From an uncultured bacterium (GTDB taxonomy: Bacteria > Zixibacteria > MSB-5A5 > CAIYYT01), in the NCBI GenBank assembly GCA_963726455.1, contig CAVSCK010000003.1, forward strand, positions 640,001-704,000: 64,000 nt of DNA. The letters run 5' to 3'. Under the pieces are notes generated by a model. It was not told the DNA's origin. It made no database searches and saw nothing but the letters and a program-made list of their open reading frames with translations. The position numbers were made by a program, and so were the translations under genes. Shown here piece by piece: positions 1 through 10,902 of the stretch; position 1 is the stretch's first letter, and the number at the start of each line of letters is the position of its first letter.

Positions 1-879
1 ATCGACAAGAGCAAAGAGTTGGAGAAAGGCAATTTCTTCACTGCTGAGGAAGTCAACGACTTCAATCGCGCGTTCTTGATCGAGCGGCATCTGATTTCTC
101 CGGAGTTTATGCGCGATCATGACGCGGGAGCACTTTATGTGTCGCCCGACGAGAAGATCGCCATCATGATTAACGAGGAAGATCACATCCGCATCCAGGC
201 GATCAGCTCCGGCCTGTCGCTAATGGACACGCTGAGTCGCGCGATGAAGATTGATGACGACCTCGCAAACTCTCTGGAATTTGACTACGACACCGACTTC
301 GGTTTCCTGACATCCTGCCCGACCAACGTCGGCACCGGCCTGCGCGCATCGATACTCATTCATCTGGCCGGCCTGGTATTGACAAAGGAGATCGATTCGG
401 TTATCGATCACATAAACAAACTCGGGCTGGTCGTACGCGGCTTCTATGGGGAAGGCACCGATGTCTGGGGCAACCTGTTCCAGATTTCGAACCAGACGAC
501 TCTGGGACGTTCGGAAATGGACATCACGGAGTCACTGGAAAAGATCACCCGGCAGATAATTGAATTCGAAAACAAGTCTCGCGATCGCCTGCTCAGCGAA
601 GCGCGCGACGAAATTGCGGATAAAATCTGGAGAGCGTACGGCATTCTCAGGCATGCGCGCGTATTAACATCGGAAGAGGTCATGAATCTTCTGAGTGCAG
701 TACGGCTTGGCGTGGCGCTGGGAATATTGGACAAGGTGTCGATCGGTGTCGTCAACAAGCTCTTGATTCTCAGCCAACCGGCACACCTGCAGAAGTACAT
801 GGGCGTGGAATTGAGTCCCGGTGACCGTGATGTCGCCCGCGCCAAACTGGTCAGAGACACTCTGGCCGACTTGCCTTAG
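1..879 (+). CDS. mcsB: Protein arginine kinase McsB, 5' end outside window
   Basis: Phosphagen kinase motifs LIERHLIS, INEEDHIRIQ, LTSCPTNVGTGLRAS and FQISNQTTLG; directly upstream of clpC. Confidence 0.93.
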   Translation: MDKSKELEKGNFFTAEEVNDFNRAFLIERHLISPEFMRDHDAGALYVSPDEKIAIMINEEDHIRIQAISSGLSLMDTLSRAMKIDDDLANSLEFDYDTDFGFLTSCPTNVGTGLRASILIHLAGLVLTKEIDSVIDHINKLGLVVRGFYGEGTDVWGNLFQISNQTTLGRSEMDITESLEKITRQIIEFENKSRDRLLSEARDEIADKIWRAYGILRHARVLTSEEVMNLLSAVRLGVALGILDKVSIGVVNKLLILSQPAHLQKYMGVELSPGDRDVARAKLVRDTLADLP

Positions 880-904
880 GAGATTTGACTTAGCGGAGGT
901 ATAG

Positions 905-3361
905 ATGAACGAGATGTTTACAGAGCTCGCGCGCAAAGCAATCGAGTACGCGCGGGACGAAGCAGCGAGACTACGGCATGATTACATCGGTACCGAGCAT
1001 CTGCTGTTAGGTCTGATTCGCCTGGGGGAAGGACGGGCAATTGAGATTTTCCAAAACATCGGTTTGGATCTCAATGAGTTGGTGACTTCGGTTGAGGAAG
1101 TAGTGCAACCGGCGGGCGGAACGATGACCATGGGACAGCTTCCGCTAACCGCTCGCGCCAAGAAGACTCTCGAGGTCGCCGGACAGGAAGCGCGCGCCCT
1201 CAAGTCGAAAGAAATCGACACCGAACACATCCTCCTCGCCTTGTTGAAGGACGAAGAAGGCGTCGCCGCCCAGGTGATGTCGATGTTTGATGTCGACTAT
1301 AAAGACGTCTACGAGGAACTGAAAAATATCCAGAGCGGACAACCCTCCGCTTACGGAAAGAAGCGCAAGAAATCCAAAACGCCGGCGCTCGACCATTTCG
1401 GCAGAGACCTGACCGAGTTGGCGCGCCGTGGCAAGCTCGATCCTATCATCGGCCGTGACAACGAAATCGAACGCGTATCGCAGATTCTCTCGCGCCGTAA
1501 GAAGAACAACCCCGTTCTGATCGGCGAACCGGGCGTTGGCAAGACCGCGATTGTCGAGGGACTGGCTCAACGAGTCGTCAGCGGACAAGTCCCGCAAGTT
1601 CTGGAGAATCGTCGCATTGTCATGCTCGACATGGCTTCCCTGGTCGCCGGAACCAAGTACCGTGGCCAGTTCGAGGAACGCCTCAAGGCCGTAATGAATG
1701 AGATCACGAATTCACAGGATGTCATCATCTTTATCGATGAGCTGCATACCATCGTCGGCGCCGGTGGCGCCGAGGGTTCACTCGATGCGTCGAACATCTT
1801 CAAACCGGCGCTTTCGCGCGGCGAGTTGCAGTGCATCGGCGCAACGACCTTGAACGAGTATCGCAAATACATCGAGAAGGATGGCGCCCTCGATCGCCGT
1901 TTCCATACGGTGATGGTCGAGGAACCGTCGCAGGATGACACGATCCGAATCCTGCTGGGACTGCGCTCCAAGTACGAAGAGCATCATCAGATAGTGATTT
2001 CCGACGAAGCCATACGGGCCGCCGTGACTCTATCTGATCGTTACATCACCGGCAAATTCCAGCCCGATAAGGCCATCGACATCATTGACGAGGCCGGTTC
2101 GCGCGCTCATCTTTCGACTTATACCAAGCCGAAAGAGTTTACCGACATGGAGAACGAAATTGCCGGTATCGCGGTGCGCAAAGAGGATGCGGTCAAGAAC
2201 CAGGAATTCGAGAAAGCAGCCAAGCTGCGCGACGACCTCAAGTTGAAGAAGGAACAGTACGAGCAGATGAAGCGCGACTGGGAAGTAGCGCGACAGAACG
2301 AAAAGATCATTCTGCAGGAAGAGCACATCGCGGAGATCGTGGCCAAAATCACGGGCATTCCGCTGTTCCGCCTCGAGGAAAAAGAATCGAAGCGCCTGCT
2401 GAGGATGGAAGACGAACTAAAGAAGAAGATCATCGGCCAGAAGGAAGCCATCATGGCGCTCACGCAGTCAATTCGGCGCGCCCGCGCGGGACTCAAAGAT
2501 CCGCATCGCCCGATCGGTTCCTTCATCTTCCTCGGCCCCACCGGTGTCGGCAAGACCGAACTGGCGCGGGTGCTGGCGGAGTTCCTGTTTGAAAACGCCG
2601 ACGCGCTCGTCCGCATCGACATGTCCGAATACATGGAGAAGTTTGCGGTCAGCCGTCTGATCGGCGCGCCTCCGGGATACGTCGGTTACGAAGAGGGCGG
2701 ACAGCTTACCGAGAAAGTTCGCCGTCACCCCTATTCGGTGGTACTGCTCGACGAAATCGAGAAAGCGCATCCGGATGTGTTCAATATCCTGCTGCAACTA
2801 CTCGACGACGGCAATCTCACTGATTCGTTCGGACGCAAAGTTGATTTCCGCAACACGGTAATCATTATGACCTCCAACGCCGGCACGCGCGAAATCCGCT
2901 CGGGCAAGACGCTGGGGTTCGCCTCCGCGAGGATGGAAGAAGACTACGAAGAGATGAAGAAGTCGGTGCTCTCGGAAATGAAGCGCATCTTCAATCCCGA
3001 GTTGCTTAACCGCATTGACGAAGCCATCATCTTCCATCCGCTGGCGCTGGATCATATCGTTCAGATTATCGAAATCCAACTGGCAGAAATGGCCAAACGC
3101 CTGGCGGAACGCGGCTTGAGCATCCACGTCACCGACGAAGCCAAGAAGTTCATCGCCGAGAAGGGTTATGACCCGTTGTATGGTGCGCGTCACTTGAAGC
3201 GCGCCCTGCAGAAGCACCTGGATGATCCGCTTGCGGAAGAAATTCTGCGCGGCCAGTTCCATGGCGACTGCAACATTCTGGTCGACATGTCGGCGGAAAA
3301 GGACAAGTTGCATTTTTCGATCGATGTAACAGCGGAAACACCGAAGAAGGCGCCGGTTTAG
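905..3361 (+). CDS. clpC: ATP-dependent Clp protease ATPase subunit ClpC
   Basis: Two Clp-N repeats, Walker A motifs GEPGVGKT and GPTGVGKT, coiled-coil middle domain; GGAGG RBS. Confidence 0.96.
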   Translation: MNEMFTELARKAIEYARDEAARLRHDYIGTEHLLLGLIRLGEGRAIEIFQNIGLDLNELVTSVEEVVQPAGGTMTMGQLPLTARAKKTLEVAGQEARALKSKEIDTEHILLALLKDEEGVAAQVMSMFDVDYKDVYEELKNIQSGQPSAYGKKRKKSKTPALDHFGRDLTELARRGKLDPIIGRDNEIERVSQILSRRKKNNPVLIGEPGVGKTAIVEGLAQRVVSGQVPQVLENRRIVMLDMASLVAGTKYRGQFEERLKAVMNEITNSQDVIIFIDELHTIVGAGGAEGSLDASNIFKPALSRGELQCIGATTLNEYRKYIEKDGALDRRFHTVMVEEPSQDDTIRILLGLRSKYEEHHQIVISDEAIRAAVTLSDRYITGKFQPDKAIDIIDEAGSRAHLSTYTKPKEFTDMENEIAGIAVRKEDAVKNQEFEKAAKLRDDLKLKKEQYEQMKRDWEVARQNEKIILQEEHIAEIVAKITGIPLFRLEEKESKRLLRMEDELKKKIIGQKEAIMALTQSIRRARAGLKDPHRPIGSFIFLGPTGVGKTELARVLAEFLFENADALVRIDMSEYMEKFAVSRLIGAPPGYVGYEEGGQLTEKVRRHPYSVVLLDEIEKAHPDVFNILLQLLDDGNLTDSFGRKVDFRNTVIIMTSNAGTREIRSGKTLGFASARMEEDYEEMKKSVLSEMKRIFNPELLNRIDEAIIFHPLALDHIVQIIEIQLAEMAKRLAERGLSIHVTDEAKKFIAEKGYDPLYGARHLKRALQKHLDDPLAEEILRGQFHGDCNILVDMSAEKDKLHFSIDVTAETPKKAPV

Positions 3362-3392
3362 ACTCGACTGACATTTCGAGATGCCCAAATAT

Positions 3393-3428
3393 CCGGGGCG
3401 GGTCCTTTGCCCGCCCCGGCTTGTTTTT
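3393..3428 (+). terminator. Rho-independent terminator after clpC
   Basis: 10-bp stem ccggggcggg/cccgccccgg followed by a T-rich tract. Confidence 0.8.
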
Positions 3429-3606
3429 GGGGTAGTCTGGATATCACTACACTACTGCACGAAAGTAATGTTGCTCGACAGTCTCGTCGTCTGAAAACGG
3501 AACGCCGGAGAAACCGCTTGTCGTGAAGGATCACGCGGATAACAACTTGACAATCAACATATTACGCTGGCATCGCCTTGTCGGCAGGCACGCCTCAAGA
3601 ATTTCC

Positions 3607-3634
3607 TTGACGATTTGGCGGCAGTGATTATAAT
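3607..3634 (+). promoter_or_regulatory. Sigma70-like promoter of rpmA
   Basis: TTGACG-N16-TATAAT about 60 nt upstream of the rpmA start. Confidence 0.65.
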
Positions 3635-3697
3635 AAGTGACTTGATTGGGATTCCGGCGCTCCGGAGCCCGCTGAACTTGATTGATCGGAGGAGATT

Positions 3698-3949
3698 TTG
3701 GCACATAAAAAAGGTTTAGGTTCATCGAAGAACGGACGGGACTCGAATTCCCAACGGCGTGGCGTTAAGCGTTACGGCGGCGAGGCGGTACTAGCCGGCT
3801 CGATCATCGTCCGCCAGTGTGGCACCAAAATGCTCCCGGGACGCAATGTCGGTATCGGTCGTGACAACACGCTCTTCGCCATGATCACCGGCGTCATCGA
3901 GTACGCCGACAAGGGCCGCCACAAGAAGGTCGTCCATGTCGTTCCCTAG
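3698..3949 (+). CDS. rpmA: 50S ribosomal protein L27
   Basis: [15 protein letters not shown] and [10 protein letters not shown]; TTG start after GGAGGAG. Confidence 0.97.
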   Translation: MAHKKGLGSSKNGRDSNSQRRGVKRYGGEAVLAGSIIVRQCGTKMLPGRNVGIGRDNTLFAMITGVIEYADKGRHKKVVHVVP

Positions 3950-3974
3950 CGATTGCCATTAGCGATGAATTGTG

Positions 3975-4002
3975 AAACCGGCCCGCTTGCGGGCCGGTTT
4001 TT
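3975..4002 (+). terminator. Rho-independent terminator after rpmA
   Basis: aaaccggcccg-cttg-cgggccggttt followed by T's. Confidence 0.85.
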
Positions 4003-4146
4003 GTGTTTGTGCGACGTGGTTAGCTAGAGAATTCATAGGATCGGGTATTTAGTAATCGTTACCCCCTCACGTATTCAGATAATACGGGATAACTCTTGAC
4101 TTGGCCCACTACCGTCTTGATCTTACGCCTTACTATGGAGCATCAC

Positions 4147-5317
4147 GTGGAACACATCTACCTCGACTATAACGCAACCACCCCGATTCATCCGGAAGTT
4201 GCCGATGCCATGACTCCCTTATCTGCGGCAGCACTTCGGCAATCCCTCCAGTTCGCATTGGTTTGGTGTGCAAACGCGCAAAGCGGTCGAAAATGCGCGC
4301 GCCCAGGTAGCGGATATGCTGAAGTGCGAACTCGACGAAGTGGTTTTCACTTCGGGTGGCAGCGAGTCGAACAACTTCGCCATCAAGGGTTATGCACTTA
4401 AGCATCGCGACAAAGGTAATCACATCATTACCTCGCAGGTCGAACATCCGGCGGTGCTGGAGGTCTGCGAGTATTTCGAGACTCTCGGTTTTGAGATCAC
4501 TTATCTGCCGGTTGATGAATTCGGCCTGGTTCATGTTGACGATGTCGCCAGGCGCAATTCGCCCCGACACGATTCTGATCTCGATCATGCAGGCCAACAA
4601 TGAAGTCGGCACGATTCAGCCGATTGCGGAAATCGCGGACTTGGCGCACAAACGTGGAATTGTGATGCACACCGACGCCGCTCAGGCCGTCGGCAAGATT
4701 CCCGTGAACGTACCCGCGACTTGCGCGTGGACATGATCAGCATCGCCGGACACAAACTGTATGCTCCCAAAGGCATCGGTGCACTCTATATCAAACGCGG
4801 CATTCAACTGCAAAAAATCATCCACGGCGCATCACACGAAAGAAACCTGCGCGCCGGTACTGAGAATGTCCTCGAAATCGTGGGGCTTGGCAAGGCCTGC
4901 GAGATCGTCGCACGTGATCTCGAACTCAATCATCGCCACACGAAAACGATGCGCGATCTGCTGGAAAGTAGGTTGAAAGAACTCCTCCCCTTCTGCCGCA
5001 CAAATGGTCATCCCGAAAAGCGGCTGCCAAATACACTGTCGATTTCTTTTCCCGGCATTGAGGCCAACACGATCATCTCAGAACTGGAGCAGGTCGCCTG
5101 CTCGCCGGGTGCTGCATGTCATTCCGACAAAGTCATCATGTCCCATGTTCTGAAAGCTATGGGCATACCGGTCGAATTTGCGATGGGCACGATTCGTTTT
5201 TCCACCGGCGCCATGACCACGGAAGCCGAAATCGAGCAGGCGGCGGATGCGATTGTATCAACCGTCAGTCGTCTTTCCCCGACTGCCAAGAAGATTGTCC
5301 GTCAAGACCGACGCTGA
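4147..5317 (+). CDS. NifS/IscS-like cysteine desulfurase or selenocysteine lyase; split by apparent frameshifts; probably the N-terminal part of a fusion with SelD
   Basis: [49 protein letters not shown] and SPGAACHS lie in successive frames. Confidence 0.88.
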
Positions 5318-6359
5318 CGAAGACAGTCCGCTTGACCAAATACACTCATGGACTCGGCTGCGCGTGCAAACTTCGACCTCAGGAGCTGGAGAAAGATTCT
5401 GGCGTCTCTGCCGCGTTCGACTGATGCGAATGTTCTGGTCGGCGCCGAATCCTCCGATGATGCCGCCGTCTATCGAATAAGCGACACGCTCGCCATTGTG
5501 CAAACCGTCGATTTCTTTACGCCGATCGTTGACGATCCCTATCACTTCGGTGCTATCGCTGCCGCCAATTCCTTGAGTGACATCTATGCGATGGGTGGCA
5601 AGCCGCTCTTTGCGTTGAGTATCGTCGGCTTTCCGTCCAATCGCTTGCCGATGAGCGTGCTCCAGCGAATCCTCGCAAGGCGCTGCCGACAAGGCAAAGG
5701 AGGCCGGTATCAGCATCATCGGCGGCCACACCGTCGATGACACCGAACCCAAATACGGACTGGCTGTGTCCGGCGTGATCGATCCCAAACGAATTCTGAC
5801 CAACAACAAGGCACGTGTCGGCGACAAGCTGATTCTGACCAAACCGATCGGAACCGGAATCATAAGTACCGCCATCAAACGTCAGATGGCTGATACCACA
5901 CTTTCCAAGACTGTGATCGAAATTATGAGCCGTTTGAACAACACCGCCGCGGAAACGATGCTGAACTACGATGTTTCCGCAGTGACCGACGTCACCGGAT
6001 TCGGGCTGCTGGGACACCTCAAGGAGATGTCTGTCGGCAGTAAGGTCGATGCGCAAATTGACTCACAGCAGGTACCCCTGATACCGGGTGTTGCTAATTT
6101 TGCCTCATCGGGCGCAATCCCCGGTGGTACCGAAAACAACCTCGATTACGTTAGCCCGTACGTTCAATGGCGTGAAGATATTCCCAAAGTCACGCGACTT
6201 ATCCTCTGCGATGCTCAGACCTCAGGCGGATTACTAATTGCTGTGAATCCCCGCGATGCCGAAAAGCTTCTTGCGGAACTGAAGGCAAAAGGCATAGCCG
6301 AGGCGGCCATCATCGGCGAGATTACGCAGACAGGCACAGGTAAAATCGAGGTCGTCTAG
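5318..6359 (+). CDS. selD: Selenide, water dikinase (selenophosphate synthetase), Cys form, frameshifted
   Basis: [45 protein letters not shown] and DAQTSGGLL. Confidence 0.92.
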
Positions 6360-6402
6360 TTCGGCTCGTTACCTCTCTTTGCAAGCCAATCATCAAAGCA
6401 AA

Positions 6403-6430
6403 CGGCCGCCGGATTTTCACCCGGCGGCCG
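6403..6430. terminator. Hairpin between convergent selD and the M28 peptidase gene
   Basis: 10-bp perfect stem cggccgccgg/ccggcggccg. Confidence 0.6.
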
Positions 6431-6465
6431 CTGTATTATTGGTCGCACAATTTCGCTTGACTGAG

Positions 6466-8390
6466 CTAGGGACAACTTGCACAGGGAGCCGGACCGCCCG
6501 AGAAGATGTAGCTGATGAGATAGACGACGTCCGAAATATCAACTCCGCCGGCACAATTCGCATCGGCTCTCGCGATCGGATTCGGCGCCGGGCCGCCCGA
6601 GAAGATGTACGCAATTAGAAACACACCGTCCGAAATATCGACCGCACCGGAAGCATCGGCATCACCACAGGTGTAAGGCGGCGGCGGCGCATCGGTAATC
6701 TTCATACTGCAACTCATTGTATCGACCTTGGACGGCACGCTGGCATCAGCGGTGGCGATTGTGAAGTAATAGGTCGCTTTGTAAGTCGGCGTGCCGGTGA
6801 TTGTTCCTTCGGTGCCGCCGGTAAAGGTCAGACCGTACGGCAGATCGCCGCCGACAAACGACCATTCATACGGCGCTGCGCCCCCGACTACCTGTAACTG
6901 GTAGGAATAGGGAACTTCTTTGTACCCATCGGGAATCTGATATGAGATGATATGCACTTCACCGTCGCAGTGGTCACCAATGCCGTTGTCATCTTCGTCT
7001 TCCTGGAGTGGGTTATAAACGTACGGACAGTTGTCGCATGCATCTCCCAGACTGTCATTGTCGCTATCCGATCTGCGAGGCATTACTCGCAAGCAGGCAG
7101 TTATCAACCGTATTCGGGATGCCGTCGCCGTCGAAATCATTCGTGTTGGCAATCGTCATCAACCATGCCACTGACGCCTTTACCATCCGCGTCATATACT
7201 CGAAATTCATGTGGGTCGTGCTGTCGCGTGGGCCGTGATAGTAAGTTGAAAAAGTGTACTCTGCCAGGAAAATGCCGTCATATCCCAACTGCGTGAACGG
7301 GAAATGATCGGAACCACTTGACCATCCCGCCAGATGACCGGTTATGCCGACCAGCGGCTGCGCAATGTTGATCCATGTTTGCGCGTAGCGGCTGCTGCTG
7401 CCATAGTAAAGATTGGAGTGCGCATTGTTGGACTCATGCGCGATCATATCCATATTGAACACCACCAGAATCTTGTCATGCCGGCCAGCGGCTTCCTGGG
7501 CAAAATGCGTCGAGCCGTTCAATCCCGTCTCTTCGGCATCGAATGCGACAAACAACACGGTCACGTTCAGAGTGGAATCCTTGAGCACGCGCGCCATTTC
7601 CAACACTCCCGCCGTTCCGGAGCCGTTATCGTCCGCGGCCGGACTGGCTGACACGCCGTCATAGTGACCGCAGACTACTACATAGACATCCGGGAGATAC
7701 TGCTCCGACTTTTTTCGCGACGACATTGAAGCCCGGCTTGGTCGTGCTCCCGACCTGAAAATCGAACGCATCCAGCGTCACGTCGTCATAACCGAAGCGA
7801 TGGAAACGCTGTACGATCGTGTCACGCGCGGCGTAAATGTTCGGCGTTCCGGCAGCGCGGCGATAAAACGCCTGCAATTGCTGCACGTAGTGCGTCAATG
7901 AATCCTGGTTGACCTGCTCCATGACGCCCTTCAGTCTTGCCAAATCGATACTGATCTTCTCCTGAACCACTGACGGCCGGTACGTGATAGCAATCGGCAA
8001 TCGCGGCACCGGCATAACATCCGTGGCTTCGGTGCCCTGTGCCAACACACCCGGGTCGACTTTGAACAGCCGCAATTGTTCCTCAGAAAACACGAGCTGG
8101 TATCGACTCACATTGAATTGATCCATTCGATGATCCAGGGCGAGTTCGTCACGACGGACATTCGCCGCCAGCAATTGCGTCGCCAGCCCGGACTGATTGA
8201 GCTTGGTAACCGCTGTCGGATCGGCTAGTACCAAATACCCGTCGCGCACCGCCACAATCGGCTCGGCGCCGACACTCACCAGCTTTTCGGCGTCAATTTG
8301 GCTTTGAACAGTAACCTTATAAAGATCGGCGGCCCCCGCAGAGGATACAAAGAGAAGAAAGAACGACAGAATCAGTAGAAATTGTCTCAT
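6466..8390 (-). CDS. Secreted M28-family metallopeptidase with TSP3-like Ca-binding repeats, Ig-like domain and C-terminal dockerin-like domain (frameshifted)
   Basis: Signal peptide; GHYD, ADDNGSG, AEETGL, NMDMI, SDHFPF and YHGPRD; DxDxDG..DNC repeats; tail [29 protein letters not shown] present twice. Confidence 0.85.
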
Positions 8391-8568
8391 ATGTTGATGC
8401 TCCAACAAAGGATGACGTGCTTTGGGCAAGTACCATTTTTCACAATATATCATAAAATTCTCGGTCTGTAAAGCTCATATATTGGCACGGTATGCCTTTT
8501 CGGATGTCGTACTGATTAGGTCGGCATTTGCGATCAGAAACTGACAGCTCTTGAAAGCGAGATGACTC

Positions 8569-8910
8569 ATGAACTCGTTCGATTGGACAAACGGATTCCC
8601 GGCGGCCATCACGGTCTGCGATAACGAAGGCATCATTCTCTCGATGAATGCCCGGTCTATTGAGACGTTCGCGAAGGATGGTGGCGCCGCGCTCATTGGA
8701 AAGAGTATTCTCGATTGTCACCCCGAACCGTCGCGCACTAAACTTCGCGAGCTCCTCGCCGCCGAGCGCAGCAACTGCTACACGATTGAGAAGAACGGCG
8801 TACACAAATTGATCTACCAGTCGCCCTGGTATCAGGATGGCAAGTACGCCGGCCTCGTCGAAATCTCGATGGAGATTCCGCACCCTATGCCGCATTTCGT
8901 CCGCACCTGA
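8569..8910 (+). CDS. Small stand-alone PAS-domain protein
   Basis: ITVCDNEGIILSMN...LIGKSILDCHP...YTIEKNG...GLVEIS. Confidence 0.8.
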   Translation: MNSFDWTNGFPAAITVCDNEGIILSMNARSIETFAKDGGAALIGKSILDCHPEPSRTKLRELLAAERSNCYTIEKNGVHKLIYQSPWYQDGKYAGLVEISMEIPHPMPHFVRT

Positions 8911-8951
8911 TTCTGCGGCTTGCGAATCGCGCCACTAGTTCGGTGCCGGAA

Positions 8952-9026
8952 CGTAACTTGCGCAGAAATCTATCCGCTTCTTCAGCGGCGGATGGTTGTA
9001 CTCCCAGAACTCGATAAACGCCGACG
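8952..9026. repeat. Direct repeat copy 1 (75 bp): displaced 3' end of the M48 peptidase gene
   Basis: Matches 11655-11729 at 73 of 75 positions; the minus strand reads SAFIEFWEYNHPPLKKRIDFCASY then VPAPN-stop. Confidence 0.93.
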
Positions 9027-9068
9027 ACATTTTGTTGGAATGGTTGCTCGTCTTCACAAAGAAAGGGC

Positions 9069-9097
9069 TTGACAAACAACGTACGGCATTATATGAT
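9069..9097 (+). promoter_or_regulatory. Sigma70 promoter of the radical SAM cassette
   Basis: TTGACA-N17-TATGAT, then GGAGG at 9111-9115 and ATG at 9125. Confidence 0.75.
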
Positions 9098-9124
9098 TTA
9101 TGGGGCTAGGGGAGGCAGAGTGGT

Positions 9125-10516
9125 ATGACGACAAATCGGTGGGCTGTTTCTTCCTTCAATTTCATTGTTCCCGTTTCTGACGAGAAGCACGTGGCGTACA
9201 ACGCGTTTTCGGGTGCACTCGCGGAGTTGGACGCCAAACAACTCGCCACTTTCAAAGACATATTGCAGGACCCAGAGGAGTATCTTCAACGTGCCGACGC
9301 GGACACATCCCTCTTTGCATCGATCGTCACTGCAGGATTCATCCATGATGCCGCAGTAAATGAACTCGATCTTATCAAGACAAAATCCGCACTCAATAGA
9401 TTCAATACCGAGCAATTTCATCTCACGATAATGCCGACTTTGGCCTGCAATTTCGAATGCCCATATTGTTACGAGAAGCAGGAACCAATCCTGATGTCAG
9501 ACAGCACTGAAGACGCCCTGGTGAGTTGGGTACAAAAGCGTGCAGAAGTTGCCCGAATCTTCACAGTCGCTTGGTTCGGTGGAGAACCATTATTGGCCTT
9601 AGACCGCATAGAGAGCACATCAAACCGCTTTCGAGCAATTTGTGAACGGCGAGGCATAAACTATTGTGCTAGCTTAACAACTAATGGCTACTTGCTCAAT
9701 GATCACGTGTGTGATAGACTCGCAGAACTTGGTATAGTGGGCGTACAAGTGACTATAGATGGCCCCAGGCATATTCACGATGTTCGCCGATATCTTCGCG
9801 GACGGGGTCCCACATTTGATCGCATTGTCAAAAATGTAGAGCACTTAGTCATCACACGACCTGAAATCGCCGTCTGGATACGAGTCAATTGCGATGAGAG
9901 CAACATTGACGAAGTCGGCCAAATCTTTGACCAGCTACCGTCACTGCTGGTGCAGCGAACAGATATCTATTTTGCCTTTGTATATTCCTGCCAGAGCTTT
10001 CTGGGCAACGCGGAGGATGTTGACGCAGCATCAACATGTGATCCTCATGGGAGCGCTGACTTGGAATTTAGGAAGAAACTTCGCGCCCTCCAATTGGAGA
10101 GTGTGAGAAGGAGGCGGGCCGTGAATCCATCGCCCGTCACGAAATTTGTGTTCAGGCCTCGCTGGGCCTATTGCGAAGCCGACTATGCGAACAAGTTCGT
10201 GGTTGATCCCAGGGGAGACTTGCATAAGTGCACTGTCTCATTCAGCCCGGAGTTGCGTGTTGGTAGGCTACTTCCGAACGGCGACGCGTTGTTTGACTTG
10301 CCCAAGCTTTCGATTTGGCTATCAAAGGACGCCTTCTCCTCTCCAAAATGCACCTCCTGCAAAGTACTTCCACTTTGCCTCGGTGGATGCCGCTCCGCGA
10401 CCTTACAGAATATTTCGGAAGGTAGATGCGCGACCTTACTCACGCCGGAGGAAGTTGAAAGGAGTCTGGGCTCCCTTTACGAACTTGTGAAATGCAGTTC
10501 CGGGGGGTCTGTATAG
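9125..10516 (+). CDS. Radical SAM/SPASM-domain enzyme, probable peptide maturase
   Basis: CNFECPYC, WFGGEPLL, TTNGYLL and VTIDG..HD; SPASM cysteines YCEA..DPRGDLHKC and CTSCKVLPLCLGGC..C; ~90-aa N-terminal extension. Confidence 0.93.
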   Translation: MTTNRWAVSSFNFIVPVSDEKHVAYNAFSGALAELDAKQLATFKDILQDPEEYLQRADADTSLFASIVTAGFIHDAAVNELDLIKTKSALNRFNTEQFHLTIMPTLACNFECPYCYEKQEPILMSDSTEDALVSWVQKRAEVARIFTVAWFGGEPLLALDRIESTSNRFRAICERRGINYCASLTTNGYLLNDHVCDRLAELGIVGVQVTIDGPRHIHDVRRYLRGRGPTFDRIVKNVEHLVITRPEIAVWIRVNCDESNIDEVGQIFDQLPSLLVQRTDIYFAFVYSCQSFLGNAEDVDAASTCDPHGSADLEFRKKLRALQLESVRRRRAVNPSPVTKFVFRPRWAYCEADYANKFVVDPRGDLHKCTVSFSPELRVGRLLPNGDALFDLPKLSIWLSKDAFSSPKCTSCKVLPLCLGGCRSATLQNISEGRCATLLTPEEVERSLGSLYELVKCSSGGSV

Positions 10517-10627
10517 CAGCAACCGCCCCCTTGGAACCAATTCGGCAGAAGCAATGCAAGACTATGTGGGTGGAACAAGATGTTCCGCCTGATTCTAGAC
10601 TCCTAAACACCGAGGGAGGTGAAACAC

Positions 10628-10741
10628 ATGAATCTCATGTTGCGTCCTCAATCATTGGAAGTGTGCGAACTCGTTGAGTTGCAGCCCATCATGGCACTCA
10701 ATATCTTGCTCTGTGGGCTGTGCTGCGTTAGAGTGACTTAG
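10628..10741 (+). CDS. Putative RiPP precursor, 37 aa: MNLMLRPQSLEVCELVELQPIMALNILLCGLCCVRVT
   Basis: Strong RBS GGGAGGTGA with ATG 5 nt after it; ATG to TAG; 4 Cys; directly downstream of the rSAM gene; below the ORF-track size cutoff. Confidence 0.8.
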   Translation: MNLMLRPQSLEVCELVELQPIMALNILLCGLCCVRVT

Positions 10742-10773
10742 CGATTCGGCACACACTCCGAAGCCGAGTGACA

Positions 10774-10799
10774 GCGGCGCAGCTGTGGGGCTGCGCCGC
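10774..10799 (+). terminator. Stem-loop after the precursor gene (mRNA-stabilising or attenuating)
   Basis: Perfect 10-bp stem gcggcgcagc/gctgcgccgc with no long U-tract. Confidence 0.55.
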
Positions 10800-10902
10800 G
10801 TACTAAAGAGAGAGATCAGGTGATGTCATCGCGAGCCCGTAGTACAGTCGCAAATAGGTCTTGCCTCAGTTGCTCTAATCACGGGACATTGGGGAATTGT
10901 CA

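Noticed and set aside
5315-5370. Selenocysteine (UGA) readthrough at the NifS-SelD junction or in the SelD active site
   Set aside because: The SelD motif is GGC TGC GCG TGC AAA (GCACK), and the TGA at 5315 is in a different frame from the SelD motif.
6490-6645. Short DNA repeats (cgcccgagaagatgta, gtccgaaatatc) as a possible CRISPR or tandem array
   Set aside because: They are the two coding repeats of the dockerin-like domain. No CRISPR array, tRNA or rRNA gene was recognised in the window.
10492-10677. 61-aa ORF from the supplied track as the rSAM substrate
   Set aside because: It overlaps the rSAM stop and lacks an RBS. The strong RBS at 10614-10622 points to the ATG at 10628 in another frame.
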